Source: Syncephalis fuscata S228 (taxonomy: Eukaryota > Fungi > Zoopagomycota). Taken from it: a stretch of 64,000 nt of DNA. Every line of letters begins with the position of its first letter. Within the stretch, counting starts at the first letter, position 1. The position numbers and the translations under genes were made by a program. The notes below the pieces were generated by a model. The model saw only the letters and a list, made by a program, of their open reading frames with translations, did no database searches and was not told the DNA's origin. This document shows positions 53,329 through 64,000 of the stretch, piece by piece. Location of the stretch: contig JAHLTZ010000014.1 of NCBI GenBank assembly GCA_025786725.1, forward strand, positions 124,001 through 188,000, read 5' to 3'.

Positions 53329-54421
53329 CTAGGCCAGTTTCACCCGTTTAGTATGCTGGATTAAAGGTGTTGGCTCGATGTATTTGCCAGTATTTACGCT
53401 GGCCGTAGGGCCTTCGTTCTCCTTGTTCTAGTGTCAATGTCAGAGCCGACTATAAATTCTCCAAGGGTTATACATACTAATTCTATACGAGCGTAAATCT
53501 CGTCCATTTCCTCAAGTACGCGTGCAAGTTCTTCCTGTGCCTCTCGTAGTTCACGGCGTTTTATATCAAGTGCTACTAAATTTAAGCTACTAATACTAAG
53601 CATTATCATCAATTCTACTTACCAACCATAGGCTAATAGAATGTATATATGACAAATAACAGATCAGTTACAGGTAAATAGGCTGTTTAACACTTACATC
53701 CTCGCGTTTGGGTAAAACAATAGCTTGCCATTCTTCGCAATGTATTTCGTAGCTAATTGCGTTTAGTATTTATCATGACTGTGACGCAAATACTTGTAAC
53801 TTACACATCTTTATTGTATTGAATACGCCGTTTAATCTCTTCACGCGACAATTTATCTATCACACAACACTATTAGCTTATCTGCCACCCTTTTATCACT
53901 AACAAATCATCACTTACTGCCAGTATTAACAATACAGTTATTTTTACGCTTGATTTCTGGCCCTTGTTTCGCAGCATTGATTGCCCCAATGGCCATGGGA
54001 TCCAAATGAAGACCGGCAAATTCTAATAAACAGTCATCATAACATATATCTATAGCACATAAACAAGTGCTTACCAGCGGTACTTTGCTGTCCTAATAAA
54101 CGCTGCAATTGTAGATTCATCTGTGCCACCGTTTTACCTGGCAGGCAGCCCGAGTCGACTATTTTAGCCCAGCTACCAATGCCGAACTTCATAACCGCTT
54201 TACGCAGGATCTCAGCCTCATCCTGAGACCAACCTACAGGTGATTATACAGTTATATACAACAATACAATCCAGTTGAACAGACTCTAGCCCACTCAGTA
54301 GACCAAACAGCTACTTACCTGGAGAATAGGTGCAATTCCACAGAGAGGGTGAATCATTGGCACGGATAACATTTCGCTGTCCAGTAGGCATGCTACGTGG
54401 TTTTGGAGCAGTAGAAGTCAT
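53329..54421 (-). CDS. Myb/homeobox-like p1 (AMTP1) subunit of the MTA1c/AMT1 DNA N6-adenine methyltransferase complex (about 8 exons)
   Basis: Spliced translation: SPSLWNCTYSPGWSQDEAEILRKAVMKFGIGSWAKIVDSGCLPGKTVAQMNLQLQRLLGQQSTAEFAGLHLD...KRKNNCIVNTGNKLSREEIKRRIQYNK..YEI....IVLPK. A coiled coil and terminal TKRVKLA* follow. This matches the remembered ciliate p1 pattern SLWNYTLSPGW..FGIGKW..SGCLPGK..QRLLGQQS..RKNNCIINTG. Confidence 0.85.
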
Positions 54422-54667
54422 TGTTTCAGAGTAGACAACCGTAGAAGAAGGCTTAGACTAGATAATGACGCGTACAAGCAGTGTATTTCACGAAAGGTTA
54501 AGAACGACGATGAAGAAGAAGAATGGCGTATGAAGAAAACATAGATTAAAATTCAAATAGGCGGCCATTTACTGCACACAAACACACTAAAAAGAAGTGA
54601 CCAGAACGCGAAACAGACGCGTTTTCTTCTCTTCCCTTTCTTGTATATCTCTTTTCGCTTTAATAGC
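54422..54667. promoter_or_regulatory. 246-bp bidirectional promoter (p1/FANCL) with MCB- and SCB/E2F-like boxes
   Basis: ACGCGT at 54468 and 54617, and CGCGAAA at 54607, between divergent ATGs. Confidence 0.55.
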
Positions 54668-56386
54668 ATGGCTGACCAGGCTACGCTAAAGATACAACTA
54701 GTACCGCTTAATGCTCAATGTACACTGTATCATGGCCTTATTAGTTCTGTGGTAAGACATCGCTACACCGCCTATTTTTTGTATCTGATTAAAAACAAAT
54801 ACGATAGTCGATGGAAGGACAGCTAATACTTGACGTTGGCATTAATCCGACAACAAACCGTATGCAAGGTGTACGATGTATCAGCTGTAATGGACTTGAT
54901 CAAAAAACGAGTGAACGCTTAGATGCAGCCAGATCAGTTAGTACAATATATATATATAGTTAAATAGACCATTAACCTATTTACTATTTACCAACTACAA
55001 TATACATTTAGGCACTGGCATTATGTGAATCTATGGATGCTGTAGATACGGAATTACGTGCTGCATTGGTAATATACATTACATTGCTTATAGTTAAGTA
55101 GCTAACAACTCATTATATAAACCTGAAGGCCATCGAATCAGCACCTACTAGTATGATGGGTGTAGCGTCAGTAAATTCAGTTTCAGCAATTAATAGTCAA
55201 TTTTACGCAGCATTGTTAAGTGAATTATCAAATGTTAATTGGTCATATATACACAAATTAGTTTATTCGCCGTGTCAAGTAACCTTATGTGCCAAGTAAA
55301 TAGCGAATATTGGTATTAGCTACTGATACTTATAGTTTATCAATAGAGATAGCGCCAATCATGCTCATTATCTTACCGTGCAATTACCAGAAGCATTTCC
55401 TGACCTGCCACCGTATATTGTAGACAATAATCCATTAAGTAGAGCAATAACTATGGTGCAGTCCATCCCTGGTTGTTGGCTATCCAATTTAGTTGGTCAA
55501 ATGCAAAAGGTCGGTAAAGTATAAAGTAATAGAGCTGTATTAGAATTATTGTTTAGAAAATAGATGAATATGCGATTGTATGGCAACAATTACATGATGC
55601 CGATGAACAACTGTGGACATTAGACAGTGCCGATGAATTGTTCAGTCGACGTATTATTATAGGTGAGTAATTGTTGTCTTTTTGTATTAGTAATTAATTG
55701 ATGAATACTGATCATTAATAGGCAATCTTGTTTCCTTGGACATTACATTGAATGAGGCGGGGACACTGCCAGAATGGCGATTCTTTGGAGCAGAAACAAG
55801 TGTTGCGCCATTACGCAGTCAATTCTATCATCATTTATCACAATGGTATTTATTTTATATGGTTCATTATTACAATATGCAAATATTAATCACTTTTATG
55901 ACAGGGATACTCGTGCTTCAATTAAACAGAATTTAGAACAATTACTACAAATAACCCTACCTGCTCGATCAGATACCACCGATGGTCAGGCCAGTGGCCA
56001 TGAATGCGGTATTTGTTATGCTTACTGGCTAGAAAGTAGCGACACTACCAACCATAGTACATCTACCAAAACAAATCGTCATATTCCTGATGTTACGTGT
56101 CGGCATCCTGATTGTAGCCGCCCTTTTCATCGTGCCTGTTTAGTAGAAGTTAGTAAAAGTAATCAATTCATCAGTAACATTTACCAACTAGTCTTTATTT
56201 AATAATAGTGGTTACGTGCCGATACAAATGCACATCAAACGTTGGGTGTTGTATTTGGGTCATGTCCTTATTGTGCTCAGGTACGTAACACTTACAGTAA
56301 TAGCAATCATAGCAATCATATATTAATTATATTTTATATAGAGTATTAGTACAAATACACTTGTTCAGCCCATAACAAAGCATTAA
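54668..56386 (+). CDS. FANCL: Fanconi anaemia E3 ubiquitin ligase FANCL (multi-exon)
   Basis: LVPLNAQCTLYHG, LPEAFP..PP, RRIIIGN.VSL.I, LPEWRFFGAE..V.PLR and QNLEQLLQITLP. FANCL-type RING: ECGICYAY..PDVTC..PDCSRPFHRACLVEWLR..VFGSCPYC. Confidence 0.92.
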
Positions 56387-56519
56387 CACTAAACGTGTAG
56401 TCACTATCTATTTATTTGCATTATTATTATTTACATAATTGATCAATTGAATTGACCGACAAATAACAACTAGCATACAGCCAACTGATCCAACTAATCC
56501 ATCAGTACAATGTATGCAG

Positions 56520-56938
56520 TTATACTCGAATCGCCTCTTCAATAGCCGTTATCTTTTCTCGATAGGCGCCACATAGTGTGCGTATGGATCGTAGACTATT
56601 CCATAGATTGGTTAGACTAGGTACGGGTGAATGTACCTGTATAGTCTCTACAACCTCGACTAATCGACCATTCCATGGACTAACGATGCATACTAGTTAA
56701 TGATATTCATCTCTAATGGTATATATATATATAAGTTACTATTTAATTAAGGATACTATACAGGAGGTGGCTCTACCCAGCCATAGATAAGTGAACGATA
56801 CCGTGTAGGCGGTGTATCATGGTACTTTAAAGCACGTACGACAGCCACCAGTTCAGTATTGTCCAGATAGAATTCCATAGCCAATTGCTCACTCAATGGT
56901 GGATCAAATGACTGTAATTATGATAAGTTAATAAACAC

Positions 56939-56972
<34 letters not shown>

Positions 56973-57908
56973 ATTACCTCGGTATGATGAGGTCGTTTAG
57001 GAAACATCAAATCAGGAGATGGATTAAATGCCACCAACACATGGTCTATTTGTTTAATTAATGTGTACATTATCTATTACGTATTAGTGTTTGGGCTTAG
57101 TATTTTATTATTAATACATTTTATTACCTTTTTACCCTCTTCCAAGCTTTTGGGACAAGATAGTTTTTTGATTAATGCCTCCAATAAGGTGGCTTGTTGA
57201 TGTATTGTAGCAATCTAATCGTCACCCATAAATACATCTACCTACAATTAACATACCATTACGTAGACATTACCTGAGTAAGGAATAAGGCTGATTTGAA
57301 GGAATGCCGTTCGAATAGGCTGTCCTCTATCTACACTTGATAGAATAGCTGCAATATCCTATTTATCATTTTAGTTGTTTATTACGTAACTACCATCTAG
57401 CTAACTCATTACCCCTTTGCCTATCTCGGATCCTTTTAATCGAACAAATCCTTTAAGATTTTCTGAACTACAAATAATATAGTGTATTAGTGTATAGATA
57501 CATATACATATTATTAGAATGGATTTTAGATCATTTACTTTGGTGTAGACAGCACCAGTGTTTCTCCTATTAATAGTAATAGCAATTATTATTGTTACTA
57601 TTGTTATTGATTTACCAATGGTTCAATTACCTTGAGAGTCGAAAGGTACACGATCCTATAAACATTGATACGATATTGATTATATTTAACCTATTCCCAA
57701 CTACCAATACAACTATTCCTACCTGGCATTCACTCTTTAGTTCCATACTTAGAGTATCGAATTCAGTATTTAACAACCAATCTGTCTCTGCATTCTATAA
57801 CCACATAGTCAATAAACTATAGTTTAAATACAATATACTACATACTAAATCTTCTAATTCATCTTGAATCAATTCAGCCGCCGTAGAATTCACCGGAATA
57901 GGCAACAT
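56520..57908 (-). CDS. RAV2: RAVE complex subunit Rav2 / Rogdi-like protein (multi-exon)
   Basis: ETDWLLN, NLKGFVRLKGSEI, FDPPL and GRLVEVVETIQVHSPVPSL, followed by a terminal helix. Confidence 0.75.
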
Positions 57909-58886
57909 ATTGACAGTAGAAATAGTCAAACAAATCAATAACAAGTGATGGGTGAATAGAATGTATCCAGTATAGGATAGATAAATAGATAGATAGATAG
58001 ATAAAGATGTAGTATAGAATACTAATAAGCGATTTGATCACTGATGTCACCTACCACTCAATTCATATTTAATAGACAGCGTGTAGTTTATCGCATGGCT
58101 ATGACCAAATGGTTACATTGACCCCCAGTCACACCAAATACTTAATCAATTGCTTATAACAACAGAATGCACTGTGATGCAGTTGAACTGAATGACTATC
58201 AGATGATATCAACGTGGAGACCATGCTTTATTAAAAGATAAGCGATCATGCGTGTATTTATAATAACGAGCACATGTTGTTCGCGTATTATTAACACCGA
58301 GATGTTGTATGACTTTTACGGCCCGATGATCTGTTGAACTTGTAATATAGCTCATGACAACATTATGATGTTATTTGAATTCAGATCATAGTAAAGAAAT
58401 GGTTGTATTTACGCGGTTATATTATTCAAGTAATAGTAATAGTATTACATTATAGTATTAGATTAGTATTATATTAACATTATAATTATTATTAACGCTA
58501 TTAGTACCATTATTACTAGTATAAACCATTGTTATATCAATATCAAGCACTACTTATTAACACTATCCATTGGTACACATGATGAATAGAATTAAAGAAG
58601 CCTTTAAAAGAATCCTTGAAAACATGTGTGCACCACTTTCTTGCTTGCACTTCGCCTTCAGTTCACTCTTTCACCTCACTCTCACTCTCACTCCTCTCAT
58701 CACGCCTACTCTGTGTGCGATATTCGCGTTGGTGTACTTGCTATCTGTTTCTATCGGTTGCCGTATCCTTTCCAGTTCAACAGCAGCAAAGAGTGACTGT
58801 ACAAGTCCTTTATTTGTCATACTTGCATCTTGTCAACTTGACTGCACAATCTCGCTACTGTATCCATTGTCATCATCCTCATCATC

Positions 58887-60298
58887 ATGAGTTATACCGG
58901 CACAGTCTATACAGTCAAGTGTAAGCATCTATACTATGTATACTGAACACTACTAACCTATAACATATGTACAGGCAATTGTGCGGGCGATATACGTCGT
59001 ATGGTATTTGCTGCTCTGCCTACACTTAACGAGTAAGTTGAAACACCACCCAATAGACTACGTGCACTTTAGTAACAGGTATTTATAGTGTAAGAGCCGC
59101 GGTCAATCGTTTGTTTGCCGCCCAGCTATCTGCCCAACCCGACTATCATATTCTCAAATATCTAGATGAAGGTAAGCAAGACACGTATAATATAAGCAAA
59201 CCTGTTTATCGTGCAACCTAGATGGCGATTTGGTAACATTGACAGATGACACCGACATCCACACAGTCTATCTTACAAATAAAACATTGAAGGTCATGGT
59301 CTATGGTAAGTAACTAGTGGACTTCATTGATGTTACCGTCGATCTTACTTGTTATATGTAGATCGTGAACGGTTCCCTCCTCCATTGAATGTAGCATTCC
59401 ATGGACCGGATATGAAGCATGAATTGACCGAGTTACGTCAACGATTGGATGCATTATTAGTTGCTTTGCCCAACCATAACTATACAAGTAGGCTACTGAC
59501 CATTTATAATAGACAACGCTAACTGTTGTCATTAGGCAATACAAACACTACTGGCTACACCAATACAGCGAATCCACCTGCTTATCCACCTCGACCATCC
59601 AATAGTAATGGCCCGAATATGACAAGTAGTCCTATTCCACCTACTTCTCCTATTGGTGCCACACATCCCACACCTGGTACAAGTGGCAATACAGCCAATG
59701 CAGTATCTCCGGCCAATAACAATAACCAGTCCTATGACACTGCTTCATCTACGTATCCACCACCTGGTGCATCTGTCTATCCACCACCTCAACAGCAGCC
59801 ACCTTCAAATACATCAGCATCTGGCAATAATACAGCTGCCAATGCTCCTTATCCACCTAACAATGCGGGCAGTGCTTATCCACCACCTGCAGGCACGGCA
59901 ACTACATCAGCATCTAGCAACAATGCAGCTCCTAATGCTCCTTATCCACCGACTAACACCAGTGGTGTATATCCACCACCTACAGGTGCAGCTGGCACTA
60001 CAGCTGGCACTCAGCTGGATCGGGTGCCTATCCACCTATGAACAACGGATCGGTCTATCCACCACCTAAAGCCACTGGTTCGCCTAGTTATCCTCCACCA
60101 CCACCTATTGGTCAAACACCTTCAGGTAATGCTGGCAATAACAACAATGCTATGTCAAGCAATTATGCCGCACCTAGTTTGCCAAATGGTTATGCGCCTC
60201 CACCTGGTGGTGCGTATCCACCGCCACCACCACCTAATGGTTCAGGACAGAATAATAAGCCACCATCTGCCTATCCACCTACGCCAGCCTATTATTAA
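58887..60298 (+). CDS. TFG-like protein: PB1 domain, coiled coil and P/Y/N-rich low-complexity tail (frameshift near 60010)
   Basis: TVKCNCAGDIRR, NRLFAAQL, LKYLDEDGDLVTLTDDTDI and LKVMVY (PB1). MKHELTELRQRLDALL (coiled coil). More than 10 YPP(P) repeats. Confidence 0.7.
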
Positions 60299-60456
60299 GC
60301 ATACAATTTATGAAAGCTATTATATTTGTTTACTCCAATAGAACATATAAATAAATAACTAAAATCCATATTTACATTAGTCTGTGTTAATATTAGTTGC
60401 ATAATTATCAAGTTTATTATTGCTTAAAGGCAAGCATAACTAGTTGTAAAAAATAA

Positions 60457-61281
60457 TTATCCATAACAGCGAATGGCATCTTTACAACCTTTGGTTGAGC
60501 ATTGTCCACCCTAATAATATTAATATTAATAATATTATGCGTGTTATTAATTGGCTAATTAGCAATCACGTCATTTAATCAAGTGATGTGCTCACCTTTT
60601 CCAAATACCGCTGATGGTAATCTTCAGCAGACCAGAATTTAGAGGCCGGTACAATTTCAGTGACAATTGGTGTATTGAGTCGGATTTGTTCTTGATCTCG
60701 GCTAGCAATAGCCGCATCGCGTTGTTCATCCGAGTGGTAAAAGATGGCTGAACGATATTGAGTGCCAATATCATTTCCCTAAATGGATTAAATTGATTAT
60801 TAATATATATTAGTACTATTATGTATGACATTATCATATTAAGATATTAGGCATTACTTACTTGACGATCCTTGGTCGTTGGATTATGCTTGGCCCAAAA
60901 GGCGGCAAGTAGCTTATCATAGCTAATGACCAATGGATCAAACTTTAGTTCAACTGCTTCAGCATGACCAGTATCTCCATTACTAGTAAGCATTTAGTAT
61001 ATATAACTTTACTAGGCAATATAGACTTACCAAACCTCATTGTAGGTTGGATTGTCTTTCTGGCCGCCTGTATAACCGACTGCTGTCGATACAACACCTT
61101 CTAGCCGCTGAAAAGCAAGCTCGACACTCCAGAAACAACCGGCAGCAAAGGTAGCCTTCTCAGTCATAGTAGTAATAAACCGTTGACAAGACAAGTAGTA
61201 GCGATACTGGTGAAGAAGGTGATGACGGTTAGTCGTCGAACGTTGAGATAAGTAGCGTAGTGAAGAGTGTATACCAAACAT
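60457..61281 (-). CDS. MSRA: Peptide methionine sulfoxide reductase MsrA with a probable mitochondrial presequence (4 exons)
   Basis: [56 protein letters not shown] and terminal IRCYG*. Confidence 0.95.
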
Positions 61282-61478
61282 AAGTAGCTGTAAAGTTATG
61301 ATGAGACTTTTATCGAGTGACGTTGCTCATGGAGATTAGTAATGAGTGTCACACGGTTATAAACTGATAGTTTATAGCAATAACAGTTTTAACGAACCAT
61401 GATATGTGACGCGCGTCTTTTCTTTTAGTGGTCAACAGTTAGTTCGCTTTTTTTAAACAAAACAAAAACACTCAACTA

Positions 61479-63823
61479 ATGACGGAACAGATCGAGCACT
61501 TTGACGCCATCTATCTGGGCCATCAGGATACTGAAGCGGCCAATTTCGATTGGCGGCCAGTGGTCTTGGTTGGAAATCACCCACCGGACAAGTATTTACG
61601 ATACGGCGTGAAGATCTACGCAAAACACAATGGCTACGGGCCGCCCGTGGCTATCAGCTACGTATCCAACTAAAAGATGGCACTATTGTAAAATTTGACG
61701 GATTTCAGGAAGACGTAAGTAACTACTATAAGTTAGCTGATTGGCATAGGTTGACTGATTCATTGATCATTCGCTATAGGCATTCGAACGACTAAAAGGC
61801 AGTATTAAGCATAATTATCATTTGCCACTAGAACTTAAAGAACTTTGCCTAAAAGGTTGGAATTGGGGCAAGACTGAATTTAATGGTAAGTTGACTATAA
61901 TGAATTAAAAGCGTCATAGTAACGGTGTTTTATTAAACTATTATGATATTCTAGGCAACTATCTTCAGTTTAATGTGGCCAATCGTCAAACCTTTGAAGT
62001 ACCATTAAGTGAGGTATCCAATTCGAATGTTAGTGGCAAGAGTGAAGTTAGTATTGAACTTGCATTGAATGAAGGTCCAGGCACGTCAAAAGAGAAGCGA
62101 GAACGGGCCCGACGACGTGGTGATCAGTTAATGGAAGTACGGTTTTTTGTACCAGGTATGGTACAGGCCGATGATGGAGAAGGTGACGAAGAGCAAAGTG
62201 CAGCTCAGGTAATTATTACTTTATATATTTATATATATATTGCATTATACTATACTAATATTTGTATTATAATAATAATATAGCTATTCTATGAAACAGT
62301 CAAGACAAAGGCGGAACTTGGTCAAGTGGCGGGTGAATATGTTGTTCGCTTTCATGATGTATTTAGTTTATCACCACGGTAATCAATTAATTATTTCTAT
62401 CTATTTAATAGCTAACTATATGGTTATATAATAATTAGTGCACGATTTGAAGTTGAATTCTTTCCTACTTTTCTACGCATGCGTGGTAAAACTTATGACT
62501 ATAAGATATTGTATGATACAATTACGCGTATGTTCTTGGTACCACGCCCCGATGATATCCACGTTTACTTTGTGGTAAGTAGTTATAAATATATACATAT
62601 ATGTATATATGTATGTATTAGTTAATGAATACTTGTTAATATATATTTATATAGATCGGTATTGATCCACCTATTCGACAGGGTCAAACTAGATATCCAT
62701 TTTTAGTATTCCAATTTTTAAAAGAAGAAGAAATTGATGTTACACTTAATATGGATGAGTAAGTTATTAAATAGAGAGAGAGGAGAGAAAGTACATATTT
62801 AAATGATACTAATGTTATATAATATCTATTTAGACAAGAATTGGCTAAATATGAAGGAAAACTTGAAAGCAGCTATCACAACTTTACTTATGTTATTGTG
62901 AGCACCATATTAAGAGCATTAACAGATAAAAAGATTACTGTACCGGGTAATTCATTTAATAGGTAAATATAATCATATAGACTATAATAACCACTAATTA
63001 ATTAATTAATTAATTAATATAGCCACCATAATCAAAAGGGCGTAAAATGCTCGTTAAAGGCCAATGAAGGTTTTATTTACCCACTTGAAAATTACCTACT
63101 TTTCCTTCCAAAGCCTGTAACATTGATACCATTACGGGATATAACTACTGTTGTATTTTCACGGTAATTGATAGGATACAATTAGTTAGTTAGCTACTAC
63201 GTATTAATATTGGTAATTAGTGTTGGAAGTGCCATAACAAGTTCACGCTTTTTTGATGTCAAAATTAATACACGATCTGGTACAAGTCATCAATTTTCAA
63301 ATTTAAATCGGTAAGTATTTAAATAATACGAATAATATAACTATTATTATACTAATTAAACTAACTGATCATCAAAGTGAGGAATATACCAATTTCTTGG
63401 AATATTTGAATACAAAGGGTGTCAGTGTTCGTAAAGATCAACCTGAAGAAGTAAGCTATTGATTAATAGTTAATCACCAATAGTCAACCATTAATCATTA
63501 ACTAATTTGTTATTAGATCACATCCTATGCAGGTATGGATGGTGCCGATAGTTCATCTGAAGATGAAGGAGCAACACCAAGGAAACGTATACGCGGTGCT
63601 GATGACGACGAGGATGAAGATGAAGAAAGTGGTTAGTATAGTATACACAACACTAACAACATACGCTTAATTATTACTAATACACTATTTAGCCGATGAA
63701 GACTTTGTTATTGAAGATTCAGGCAGTGATGTACCCGAGGAATTTGACGAGGAATATGAAGGAGCCGATAGTTCTGAGAATGAAGGAGCACCAGCATCAG
63801 GAGCAGCGGCCGATTCTGATTAA
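61479..63823 (+). CDS. POB3: FACT complex subunit POB3/SSRP1 without an HMG box (multi-exon; frameshift near 61540)
   Basis: [51 protein letters not shown] and [15 protein letters not shown], ending in an acidic tail EES.DEDF. Confidence 0.96.
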
Positions 63824-64000
63824 GACTGAATACTATATCGCGCCCACTCTATCTCTGCATGACTATTAAAATAAATACACATTATCATTTATGTTTAACT
63901 TTAATATATTTTATTACTAGTCATTATAGGGCTGGCTGTAATGAACAGTATAGAACAAATAAAATTAGTCGATATAGGAGGCACGTGGAGATAGTCGAAC

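Noticed and set aside
53394-53612. ORF-track 72-aa protein as a standalone gene
   Set aside because: It is a coiled-coil exon of the p1 gene read through flanking introns.
58050-58400. Possible C/D snoRNAs (TGATGA/CTGA-like words)
   Set aside because: Boxes are not canonically arranged, and no terminal stem or rRNA-complementary guide was identified.
61120-61160. MsrA as a selenoprotein (some early-diverging fungi use Sec)
   Set aside because: The catalytic GCFW codon is TGT (Cys), and there is no in-frame TGA.

Overview
AT-rich, gene-dense eukaryotic DNA with many short spliceosomal introns (mostly ~45-85 nt, GT-AG, plus at least three GC-AG). Gene content points to an early-diverging, non-Dikarya fungus. 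A Zoopagomycota mycoparasite such as Syncephalis is a plausible but unverified guess. About 28 protein-coding genes can be reconstructed by hand. Housekeeping genes include ALG14, PAN6, RPN5, a Kel1/Tea1-like kelch protein, AP-1 sigma, ELF1, a FEN1/XPG-like nuclease, an SDR, a BRO1 protein, SHQ1, RAV2/Rogdi, MsrA and POB3. A notable set of 'ancestral' genes missing from yeast-type fungi is also present: INTS11, an AP-4-like mu adaptin, FANCL and a TFG-like protein. The most interesting gene is hidden from the ORF track by introns: an apparent orthologue of p1/AMTP1, the Myb/homeobox-like subunit of the MTA1c/AMT1 DNA N6-adenine methyltransferase complex. It lies head-to-head with FANCL across a short promoter carrying MCB/E2F-like boxes. 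Two gene-sparse AT-rich islands (~4.5-11 kb and ~39.8-44.3 kb) hold secreted, effector-like genes: a 3x40-aa repeat protein, two paralogous kinases with signal-peptide-like N-termini and non-canonical DFN/DFD motifs, and a ricin-B lectin. A near-identical 1.3-kb non-coding inverted repeat (31.2-32.5 kb / 49.9-51.2 kb) brackets a 17.4-kb block. Many conserved genes carry single-base frameshifts, most simply explained as uncorrected consensus errors. All family assignments come from remembered motifs, not database searches. Exon boundaries were read by eye.
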